Shown here piece by piece: positions 1 to 11,744 of a stretch of DNA of 64,000 nt (position 1 is its first letter; the number at the start of each line of letters is the position of its first letter). A program made the position numbers and the translations under genes. The DNA is taken from NCBI RefSeq assembly GCF_009914755.1, contig NC_060933.1, one strand, 5' to 3'. The notes below the pieces were generated by a model. The model searched no databases. It saw only the letters and a program-made list of their open reading frames with translations, and was not told the origin of the DNA. The stretch is from the human T2T-CHM13v2.0 reference genome, Homo sapiens.

Positions 1-1261
1 AGAATAGGAATAGGAATATTGTAGGAGTAGGGAGGCAGTTGAGGAGTCAGGTTCTACCATGGGAGGACCTCCCTGAGTGCAGGGCCAAGGGGGAGGACAA
101 GGGCTGGACTTGGCCACTTGTACCACCCCTTTGAATACCCACATGCACCGTGGTCCAGAGGAGAGAGCCTGAATCCAGAGCTGACAGCTGAGGTTTGGAT
201 CCTGTCCCCACCACTCACTCACCTTGAGAAGGTGAGCAATCTTCCTGTCCTCACAGCACATCACTTAGAGGCTCACTTGCTTCACATACACAGCAAGGAC
301 AATGATATCCACCTTAGAGTCAGAGTGCACTATTATTTGACACTGTTGTAACCATGCCTAGCACAAGATCGGGCCCTAAGAATTCCTATTGTCGCTAAGA
401 ATTTCCTATGACACCTTCACACTTCCAGTCTACCCTGGAGAGCTCTGGGCAGCCTGGATACTCCAAGTATTTGGAATTTTTGGCCACTACTGAAGCCTGG
501 ACTTCAAAGTTGTGCCCACACCATTCTGCAGAGAACGCCTTTCAAAGACCTGTATGAAGCAAGCCAGGCAAGGGGTCATTTCAGGGTCAGATAAAAGCCA
601 AGGGAGCAGGGAAGATTTTCTTGTTTTGTTTTTATGCTTGTTTATTTAGTTCCTTTTAAAGGCAAGGGGAACCTATGAATAAGGAAGAGAAAGAAAACCC
701 CTCTGGACTTAGCAGGATTCCTGGGAAATTTCCCTAAGTGAGAAACAAATATTTTCATAGTTGTCGTTGCACAGCCCAGGGCTCTGAGGAGAGGTTTTTT
801 CAGCAGAGTGGGGAAAAGTCTGGTTCCACAGGAGCTCTTTGGATCCTGGTACTGATGCCTGAGGCTTTTCTGTTTTTCCCCTCCACCCCCACCATCACCA
901 TCTTCCTCAGTCTATGACATCCCAGCATTCTCCGAGGCAGCTTCACCTCTGGAACTGAGAAGGGCACCTGCTTCAGGCTTCCACATGGGAGATTTCTCCT
1001 TACATAGCAAGCCCGCCAGGACATGGTTAGGATTATACCATTTTTTGGATGTGAAAACTGAGTTTTAGGGGCTTTCTGGAGTCCCATTATTAGGAAGGGG
1101 CTACACCAGCATTTAAACTCAGGTCCACCCAACACCAAAGCCAACTTCTGTTTTGCTAATTCCATCTTGCCACAGCCTTCCTTTCCTTCTGTCCCTTGTG
1201 TATCTTTTCTCCCTGGCCCTCTCCCTTCCTTCTTGGAGAATGGGAACCTGCTGGCTGCATT

Positions 1262-1285
1262 AAAAAAAAAAAAAAAAAAAAAAAA
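1262..1285 (+). repeat. (A)24 homopolymer
   Basis: Direct read. Confidence 0.95.
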
Positions 1286-1885
1286 CAGGGCTCTTGAGTG
1301 AGGCAAGCTTGAATTCTCCCTAGAGTTTTAGCCATGCCTGGGCTGTGCTTCTCTGGAAAACCACCCCTGCCCACGATTCTCAACCTCTTCTGCAGACTAA
1401 GCAAGAAGTCCTTCCCTCTCAGGGCTGCTCCCAGGTTCACAGATTACTTATGAGAGTGGGCTTTTTACCCTGGGAAGCGCCTGTTGCTATGAATTATTTC
1501 CATCACTTTTCCAACTGACCAGGCAGGCAGCCTGAAACTCAGCAACTCAGACCAACAAGCCCTACAGCAATGTGGGAGGGAGGTGAGGGCCTGGGATGCT
1601 TGGCTGAGGGGTGGCCATTTGGGGGAGGGAGAGGGACTTTGGGCAGTAGGTGAAGGGGAAGCTTAGGGGGCAGGGAGGCAGGGGGATTGGAAAGATTTGG
1701 AACCAAGAAAAAAAGGCAGACAAAGAAACTTTCAATCAGACTCAAAATCCTCACCGGCCGCCCAATGGTGCTTTTGTGCAGTGACATGAAAGGGTCTGGG
1801 GGCTTCGGGAAGGGCCCGTTGGGGAGGGCGTGACTGGCCTTGAGTAATGAGCCTGGCCCCTCGGCCCCTCTGTCTCCCCTGACAG

Positions 1886-2099
1886 GCCTCCATGTCCTGA
1901 GCTGCAGGAACAATCCCCTGATTATCCCTGTGGTCCATGACCTCAGCCAGCCCTTCTACCACAGCCAGGCGGTACGTGTGAGCTTCAGTTCGCCCCTGGT
2001 CGCCATCTCGGGGGTGGCCCTCCGTTCCTTCGACAACTTTGACCCCGTCACCCTGAGCAGCTGCCAGAGAGGGGAGACCTACAGCCCTGCCGAGCAGAG
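1886..2099 (+). CDS. PAPPA: PAPPA coding exon 13 (aa ~1133-1204, GLHVLSCRNN...YSPAEQS)
   Basis: Pyrimidine tract + gacAG (1884-1885); donor AG|GTAAGG at 2100. 214 nt, phase 1 in, phase 2 out. Translation matches pappalysin-1 as I recall it and joins in frame to the next exon. Confidence 0.97.
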
Positions 2100-2719
2100 G
2101 TAAGGGATCCGCGGCAGACTCGCCCTAGGCCACTTGTAGCCGAGTGGAGACAGTGTGATTTTGAAGCTGGGTAGCCATTTGTGTGGATGTAAAAAGTCTG
2201 TGCATTTCTCCCTTCTCCATCCATCCTCTGGCCTCTGGCCGGCTCTGCCTTGTGGCCCATGAGTCTCTGAATTCCTGGGGCAATTAAGGGAAACGGTTGT
2301 GTGGTGAAAAAAGAACCTCCTTCACCTGGCTTGCAGCGGCAGAATTGACAATAGCTTGCAGGTTGACCCTGGAAACATCGGTTTCCTTCTCTGAGCTTCA
2401 GTGTCCTCATCTGAACAAAAAGAGGATTAGCTCTCTTTTATCTCTGAAATACTGGAATATTCTGCTTCCCGTGGCACAAGCAGGAGGCATAACCTTCCTA
2501 ACCAAGGGGGATAGAGTGAGACTGGTATTTGCATCATCCTAGTTCACCGTGTGTTTCAGGGATAGGTGAAATCTCTATGTCTTCCACAAGCCTAGCTCCT
2601 GTGACCTCATGAGTGGTCTAAGAGCCTGTCTTTCAACTGCATGACATCACTCCCTCAGTGCTTTTGAGGTGCCATCTGTTAATGCACCTAGTTTGGAGCT
2701 ACAAGCGAGTGGAGTTTCC

Positions 2720-2940
2720 TGAAAAGAATACGAGCTTTGGGAATACTCTTACTTGGGTTTGAACCTCCACATTACCACTTCTTGAATGGGTGTTCTTGGG
2801 CAAGTCACTTCAGTTTTCTGGGTCATAGTTTTCTATTTTGGAATAAGCAGATGAAATCTACTCCACAGGGTGGTTGTGAGGGTTACATGTTGCACTATAG
2901 ATAAAAGTATTCCTGCAGACTGTTAGGCACTATGCAAACA
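2720..2940 (+). mobile_element. MIR
   Basis: Core ttgggcaagtcacttcagttttctgggtcatagttttcta...gtggttgtgagggtta. Confidence 0.6.
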
Positions 2941-4614
2941 TAACATATTAAAGAAGAATATTTATAACCATCTTTTGATGATGATGGTGCTGCTTCTGTG
3001 CACAGAATTTTTTGTAAAGTTCTTAAAGTTAGAGCTGGAAAAAGCTTCAGAGATTATCTCATGCATCTGACATGTCCAAACTTCTGTGTTACCATGTAGA
3101 ATCACAGGGCCCAGAAAGGGAAGAACTTGCGCAGAGTTGCACAGCGTCTCTCAGATTTGTTTCATGAGGTCCAGAAGAAGAGAGAGTTGTGATTTTTGTA
3201 GGCTACCCAAGAGTGAGGCTCTCTGAAAGTCGATTCAGCCTTGCCCTGTATACCTGGGGGCAAGAAAAAAAAAAGAGAAGAGGGGGACACTAGCCTTTCC
3301 CACGCCCCTGTTACCACAGAGGACACAAAAGGTGGTTGCAAAATCCACATTGTTTAGTACCCACTGTCTCTAGCTTCTGTTGTGCAAAGTCTGTCGTAAT
3401 CTTTCAGAGGCAAGAGCTTCTTAAATATAATTCATTGTCTTATTTCACTCTAAGAGGATGTTTTCCACAAGCCCTTGTTCTCCAGACCCTATAAAAATAA
3501 GTTAATTCTCAGAGCCTAGGGAAACCATGTCAATGGAAATCCACTAGACCTTTTCCACAACACTTTCCCATTTTTAACCAGCCTTCCTGACCATCCATAA
3601 GTTGACTGAGGCCCAGACTGACTTGTTTGAATTCTCGACGAATGGTGTCTGTGCCCTAAGTAAATAGTAGGAAATATTTAACCACTGAAACATATCGATT
3701 GATACGTATTTGTTAGTTCTTTGGTTGTAGGAGGAACATTGAATGAGGGCAAAATGCTGCCCTATATCTGACTAATTATTTGACCTTGGATTAGTCATTC
3801 CCCTTCTCTGGGCCTCAGTTTCCCCATCTTTAAAATGATGATGGTGGATTGTGTGGATTCTCTGAGGTTCTTTTCAGTTCTAAATCTGTGTTTCTCAACA
3901 GTTAGGAAACATGAGAGAGGACAGGAAGGGACAAACCCTTGTTGAGCCCTTAATAGAAAGGAACATTATCTTATTTTATTATTGCACCTCTTGAATAGAT
4001 AGGAACAGTATCTTATTTTATTATTGCACCTCTTCTGCGAGGTATGGCTCAGAGAAACAGAGTGAGTGAGTCATGACCATTCAGGCAGTAAGAGGCAAAA
4101 TCCTGCTTTGTCTGTCCCTGAAAGCCGTGCTCTGCCTACCACAGCAAGGCACGAGTAGCAGAGAAGGAATTTTCATAACTGGACCCATGTGATGATTTAT
4201 TCAGAGGAACTCTGAGTAAGGGGATGGAGCTGCAGCTCTGAGGTCTTTGGCTGCCTTATCCCTGAGCTTGGATCAGGCTATGACAGGCTGAATCTTGAGG
4301 GCTGAGGCTGCAGGGCAGGAGCACCTCCTCCTGAGTGCCCCAGTGGGGAAAGGACAGCAGCTGTTCATGGGGAGCTAAAGAGGCATTTACCAAAACAAGC
4401 AGGACTCTGCAAACATGCAAATGCATTAAAACAAACAAACAAGGGAGGAAAGGAAAGAAAAATAAGCAACAACTGTAAAGAACCATGGGATGTTTTCCTT
4501 CATTCTCAAAACACCAAAATAAATAGCATCACTTTTTATAACACAAATTTCAACTGGTTGTAGGAGAAACATCCCACTTTACTCTCAGCTGTTTCCCAGG
4601 TAGTGAAAAGTACT

Positions 4615-4782
4615 GTTTCTCCCCTCCCCTTCTCTCCTCCCTCCACAACCTTTCCTCTTTTTCCTGCATCTCTCCCTCTCTCTCCTCTCCCTTTTCTCCC
4701 ACCTCTCCATCTCCTCTCTCTCTCTCTCCCCCGCCCCCCACCTTCTCTTACCTCCTTTCTCTTCCTCATTTTCTGTCTCTCC
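4615..4782 (+). repeat. CT-rich polypyrimidine low-complexity tract
   Basis: Almost pure C/T for ~170 nt. Confidence 0.9.
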
Positions 4783-6139
4783 TGAGAGCAGTGTGATGCC
4801 TACTGTGCTGCCTTGGGAGGAGTCCTGTAGCAAAACCAGTTTGGGCAATGTGTTCCACTCTAGCTTCAGGGGTCTCCAGTCTCTTTGCAGTACTTGGTAT
4901 AAATTCAGAGACCCAAGAAAACAGGATCAGGTTTCAAAGGAGAGGTCCAGTTGTGCAATTCTAGCCAAATCTCAGCCCCACACCAAGTTGTGGAAAGGAG
5001 AAAAGGTGGGGAGGGAAGGATAGTGATGGGGTGTGGGGTGGTTAATAGGCTTCTTTAATGAGAAAAACTACAGTGGTGATATTGAGGCTCCAGTATCTGT
5101 CACACACACATACATGCACATACATCATGTTCATCCACGTTGTGGTTCTTAACAGAAATTGAACAGTTTATTATAAAATTGAATGGACCATGTATTTAGA
5201 AAAGTAACTTCCTTCCCTCCTCCCTCCATTTATTCTTCTTTCCTTTCATGCTTCCTTTCTTCCTCTCACTCTTTTTCACATTCGCTTTCTTCCTTTATCT
5301 CAAACTCTTCCCCATTTCTACAAGCTGGTCCATTCAGAGAGAGACAGTTCTGATTGAGAGCTAAGTTTTAAAAGGCCAACTTTGGGGGGCAACAAGTTCT
5401 TCACATGGCTAGATTAACTCTTTCAGCCAGGGAGAACTTAGACTGTTGTTTGTTGGTTGGGGGTGGGGGTGCCCAAAGACTGGAGCCAAGTATTTCTAGA
5501 GTCTGTGCCCTGATGAGACCCCATGTGTAGAATATCTCATTAGGTAATGACACAGGGATTCATAGGTAGGATTTGGAACACAGAATGAAGCTGCTCTTGG
5601 CCAGAGACCACAGATTGCTCAGATCGCTGCCATAACCTCATTCAACTTCCCCAACCCACAAAGGAATTAGTGCCTCTCAGCACATTGATTGGGAATCACT
5701 AGTCTGGGGAATATAACTACAAATGGAACTGCTGTGCCTAAGCATGTGTGTGTCTTTGACTATGCCAAATACTGCCTGACTCTTCTCCAAAATATTGTCC
5801 AATTCACAGCCCCATCAGTGATCTACCAGAGTTCCAGTTGCTCCGTATCCTTGGCAGTGCTTGAGATTACCAAGACAACTTTTTCCTATTTTTCTCATTT
5901 CAAAGGGCTCTGAAATTATAGACCTCTGTTGTTTTGTTCTCATAAAATCATGAGGCCTAAAAGCGGGGAAGGCTCTGAAAGATTTCCTGGTTCTGTGCCC
6001 TCATTTGAGGATGGGAAATCTAAGTTCTAAGCAAGACAAGTGACTCGCCTAAAATCACCTAACAAGTTGGGGGCAAAACCAGCACTGGAATCTAGTTCTC
6101 AGGAATCCAGTTATCTTTCCTCTCCATCAGAGGTTTCAA

Positions 6140-6430
6140 GGCTGGTGTTCCATAGACCATATTAGTCCATAAACAATCTCTCTTTGGCCTTTATTAGTTA
6201 TCTCCTTTAATTAGTTGCCAACATTTAAATATCAGGAGAGTTCATATTAAAAAACAGAATTCTTCTTGGAACTCTTTAAAGAAATGAGAAGCTTTGAAAA
6301 CATCAGGCCCTCCATCCTACTAGGCAACCTTGGACTAGAGCAAAGCGCTCTGCTCTTTGGCCAGGCACATACCCTCTCCTCGACACACCCCACTCAGCTC
6401 GCTTGAACCCTGCAGGCTACTGAGCTTGCA
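6140..6430. mobile_element. MER102-like hAT fragment
   Basis: tagttgccaacatttaaatatcaggagagttcatattaaaaaacagaat resembles the MER102 core; a related copy in opposite orientation lies at ~39340-39540. Confidence 0.5.
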
Positions 6431-8032
6431 TCACCTAATCTTCAAAACTTGCCTCCATACCACACCACAATACACTGGCGCCTAGAAATCCAGGGTAAAG
6501 AACCTTTTAGGATCATTCCCCCAGGTGCCTCATTTCTGGGTAGAAAAATGAGGTCCTAGCATAGTAGCTCTTTCACTGTTTCACTTCCTAAGTGAACTTG
6601 CAGAATTGATGCCAAGAACAGTTTTCCCTCCATTTTCTAGTGTGGAGCACTTGTCTTTTTTGTTGTCCCCATCTGAGCAACCCAGAATGATTTATAAACA
6701 GCCTTTCTGTTTTTATCTCTGCTTCCCTGTGGCATAATTGCAGCTAAGTGGCAGGGCACAGCAGTTACACCGTGAGTCAAGGAACAGAACCAGGAGAGGG
6801 ACCCTTGTCAGCCCTTTAACTTCTGGCTTTATCCGGGTTCCAGCACTCTCCAGCTATCCTCTGTTATGTGTGACTGGAATCCATTCTTATTGACAATGGA
6901 GACAGCAGTGGGGGGATTGGCTATTGGATCAGATAAGGTTTTACCTCTACATGGAATTTGAGTCCAAAGGTAAATATATTAAACATATAGATAAGAAGAA
7001 AAGAAAAACGTTATTTAAGTATCTGATCAGCTCTGCACCCCAGGGACCTCCACTTTTGCCCAGGTTTGAGAATTTGATCTATAGAATTACCTGCATTCTT
7101 TCCCGCTCATCCATCCAATCAGCCACCTTTCTCCCTTCAAAGAAGTGTCTTCATTTTTTTCCTTCTTTTGTTATTTTTATTGACTGCCCATCACTGTTAT
7201 TAAATCCTTCCCTCTTTTTTTGAATGAAGCAGCAGAGCCTTTTATTTTGTTTTCCTTGTTTTGTTTTTTGTTTTTGTGTTTCAGAAATGACAGGGCTGTA
7301 TCACAGAGTTATTTGAGACGGTCAGTTAGGGTAATGTTTATCATTTTTGGACAGTGTGTTCACACAACCTTGTCCAACTAACAGGATAGCAAAGAAAAAA
7401 GAGCAGGGACTTAGGGGACAGACTGGCAGATCTCTATTAGAATTCTTTCCAAGCTGAGTGCCCTTGGGCAAGCAATTTAAAACTCTTAGTCCTAGTTTCC
7501 TGTTCTTGAAAATGGGACTAATATCACTACCTCAAGGAGTTGCTGTGTGGAATGCAAATAAGGTGATGTAGGTGAAACAGAGTGGCCAATGCCTGACACA
7601 TATTACCTCCCTTATCCCTTTTCTTCCTGTTTTCAAGCCTGCAGGCCAGGTGCAGACAGATGTGCTGAAAAAGCAAGATGCCTCAATCCCTGAAGTGTAT
7701 TCTGGAAGGCAGTAGTCCTAAGAAATGTCCCATGAAAAAAAAATGTTATCAGAGTTTAAAAAACAATGTGTACCTTAGCCCCTTCTGGAAATTTTCAATG
7801 GGTTATCCAAATTATTGAGAAGTCCTGCAACTAAGAAAACTAACTGGTTTCATTAACTCAATGCTACCCCTACTGATCTGACCACGAAATCTTTTGATCA
7901 GGTGATTCATGGGACCAAGGACCATTTTTTCTTTTATAGCAAAAAGAGACAGAGTAGAGAGACTCATCTTCTCAAGGAGCTTCATAGTTCCAGAAGCATT
8001 TCTCTCGCTCTTTCTCTCTCTCTTGCCCTCTC

Positions 8033-8364
8033 TTTTTTTATTTTTATTTTTTTGTTTTATTTATTTATTTATTTATTTATTTTGATACACAGTCTCACTC
8101 TGTTTCCCAGGCTGGAGTACAGTGGTGTAATCTTGTCTCACTGCAACCTCTGCCCTCCAGATTCAAGTGATTCTTGTGCTTCAGCCTCCCAAGTAGCTGG
8201 GATTATAGGTGTGCACCACCGCTCCCAGCTAATTTTTTTATTTTTACTAGAGACAGGGATGCACCATGGTGGCCAGGCTGGTCTTGAACTCCTGACCTCA
8301 AGTGATCTATCTGCCTCAGCTCCCAAAGTGCTGAGATTACAGGTGTGAGCCACCACACCCGACC
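8033..8364 (-). mobile_element. Alu (S/J-type), full length, antisense
   Basis: T/(TTTA)n tail then reverse-complement Alu arms ending ...gtgagccaccacacccgacc. Confidence 0.95.
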
Positions 8365-8369
8365 TCAAA

Positions 8370-8800
8370 GCATTTCTCATATATTGGCCTTACTAGTCTA
8401 CAAACACACCAAGCTCCATCCTGTGCTGGAATTTTATACCTGCTCTTCCCTCTGCCTGATTATACCTCTGCCCCAAACCTGTGTATGGCTTATCCCTTCA
8501 TTTTACCCAGGTAGTAGTTTAGATGTCCCTTCCTCATGGATCCTTCTATACAAAGTGCCTTGCCCCTTTCCACCAACTGTCACTATAATTTCACCTTGGT
8601 TTAACGGCCTAACTGCATGCATCATTATCTGAAATGATCTCATGTATTACTTTTCTTTGGCACACACCCTCCCTCCTGAAATACACAGGATAACAGGCAT
8701 CTTGTTTATCCCCTCCGTCCACTATATTCCCAATGTATAGAACAATGTCTGGTGCTCAGTAAAGCCCCCAGTGAAGGTCTGTTGAATAGACGAATCAGTG
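8370..8800 (+). mobile_element. L2 3' fragment
   Basis: L2-like body ending tagaacaatgtctggtgctcagta...tgttgaatagacgaatc. Confidence 0.6.
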
Positions 8801-10722
8801 GATGATGTCTCACCCTGTTGACAATCCTAAGAAACAAATTATTTTATTACTTCCACTTTACAGATAAAGAAACTGAACCTCAGGATGTTATATAAGTTTC
8901 CAAAGTCAGACAACTGATAAATGGCAGAGCAGGGGCTGGAGCCCAGATTTCCCTGATTGGTAAACCTTGTGCTCCTTCTACCCCAGAAAACGAAGCATTT
9001 CAGATCTTCATTTTCCTGTGAAGAAGAACTTAATGTGCACAAAATAATTGGGGAGGGCACTATTTATACTTTAATGGCTCTGCAACTTAAAGAAGAAAGT
9101 CATCTTTCCCTCTGGGTCTTCATAAGAGCCCAGGTACCTTCTGAGCGTGCAGAGTAAGAATGCCCAAACTGTTAGGCACAGGTCAGAACAGCTTGGGAGC
9201 TAGTAGCTTACAGAGTAAATATATTTAAATTGGAACCATGTGGTTCCTTCCCCTGGTGCTTACACAATGTGAACAGATGCATTGTTTAGTGTCAAAGCCC
9301 TTGTGTTGACTCCACAGTTACAGTCTCTTTGAGGTCTCCACATGGTACAATGCTGAGGCTGTCAGGAGTAAGAAAAAGGGCAGAGAATTGGAGTTGTCTC
9401 AACAAGTGTTCCTTAATGCCAGTTGCCCTGCATTTCAGAAGGAGAGTATTGGAGAACTGCAAAGCTCCCATCAGTGAGGGTCTGAGACCTAAATTAAATG
9501 CTTGTCCTTTCTGGGTCTTTAAAAAAGTAAATTGGTTTGTGATATGCTTTGGAAGCTTTTAGCTCCCCCCGCCTCCAGACTTTATTTCTCACTATACTTT
9601 TGAGCAGAGGGTAGAGAATAGGAATAGATCCCAGTAAAACCCTCAGTTGGGTATCGTGAAACTGAGAGAAAACAAAAAACAAAAAACAAAAACAACGACA
9701 AAAAAAAAGTGCAAAACTTTTCTGACACTGGTTTGGCCAAAATGTCTCCCTGTCTCCTAGATAAAAATAGGAACATAAAAGCCTTGAGGTTCTAGATGTA
9801 AATCATCGGTGCATACGATAGGCCAGGTGTTGGGGGTAGACACAGTCAGAGAGGCAAAAGTCAGAGAAAACTGCCCCCTAGAAGCTTTTACTGTTAGGCA
9901 GAATCAACCTCTTTAAAGTGTTTAAGAGCTATTGCAAGGCATCATCACCATTGGTTTCCTGCCATTTAGGAAACATCTGCAAGGAATTTTTATTGGCACT
10001 GCAAAGTACACCAAGATGAAATAGGCATTTTCTCTGCCCTCAAGGACGTTCTAGTCCAGAAACATGGGACAAGGTTAACAACAAGGCCTTTGGAGTCACC
10101 CCTCTGGATGGGCACTTAAACAAGTAACCTAATCTTGCCAGTCCCCAATTTACCCAACTGTAAAATGAGTAACGCTTAGCTCATAGGGTTGTTGTAAGGA
10201 TGGAGTGAGCTCATGTATATAAGCAATCAGCAAATAGTAACTAATGTTATTGAGTGCTTGCCTAACTATAATACAAGGGGAATGATCATCCAAGAATGAG
10301 GATTTCATGCTGTTTCTGTTTGCATCCTTAAAGATTAGCCTGCAATCTGTTATGTTCCACTGGCACTGAGGAACTGAGTTTTTAATACATCAAACATGAG
10401 GCAACAGCATTATAGAAAGAAGGGTAGAATACCCATGAGGGTGCTTGCCGAGGGACACAAGAGAAAGCTTCCTATGGAAATTTGCATGATGCTTAGACCT
10501 AAAGAACGGGTGGAATTCAGACTGGCAGAAAGGTAGAATTCAGAGTTGCAGCAAGATGCAAGACATAGTCTCTGTACAACTCCACTAATGATGTGTAAGT
10601 TATCTTACAGTTTATAAAAGACTTCTACCTCCATCACCTCAGTTGAGTCTCGTGGCTATATGAGGTTGGCCAAATTTAAGAGTATACCGAAGCTCAGAGA
10701 TGTGATGTACTTTGCCAACTAG

Positions 10723-11098
<376 letters not shown>

Positions 11099-11575
11099 CA
11101 GCTACCATTTACTGAGTGCTTAGTATATGCCAGGAGTTCTGCTATGCGTTTTTTTCTAAACTGATTTAATTCTCAAAATGATCCTTGTAAGTGGGTACTC
11201 ACAAAATAGAAAAAGGCTTTTGCTCAACCTGGTGCCTGGTAGAAAAATGCAATAAATATTCACTGTAATCATGATGATCCCTTTCTCACAAATGGAAAAA
11301 CTGAGGCTATTCAAGGTTTAAATCTTGATAACATACAAAGCTTTCAAGTGGCAAGATTTGAACTCTGGTTTGTCTGTTGCCATAACTTGTGCTCTTAATG
11401 AGAAACTTTAATCGCTGCCTCTAGAGTCATCTTCACCCTAGCCAGCACCCCTTTCTGTCCTCAGTCTCAAGCCCCCTGAAATCTTGGAGAAAGAGGCTCT
11501 TAGCCTTTATCTTCCAACTGAGCATAGCTGTCCTGTGAGGAGACTCCTTCTTCCCCTCGTTTCTTTCCTCCCCAG

Positions 11576-11744
11576 CTGCGTGCACTTCGCATGTGAGAAA
11601 ACTGACTGTCCAGAGCTGGCTGTGGAGAATGCTTCTCTCAATTGCTCCAGCAGCGACCGCTACCACGGTGCCCAGTGTACTGTGAGCTGCCGGACAGGCT
11701 ACGTGCTCCAGATACGGCGGGATGATGAGCTGATCAAGAGCCAG
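11576..11744 (+). CDS. PAPPA: PAPPA exon 14 (CVHFACEKTD...ELIKSQ; dimerisation Cys1210, start of CCP1)
   Basis: ttctttcctccccAG acceptor; CAG|GTATGT donor; 169 nt, phase 2 to 0. Confidence 0.97.

Noticed and set aside
7902-8380. 148-aa and 80-aa ORFs
   Set aside because: Translations of an Alu (typical LFPRLEYSG...PASASQVAG text). The same applies to ORFs at 38077-38490, 51177-51467, 51932-52393, 54309-54599 and 56170-56454.
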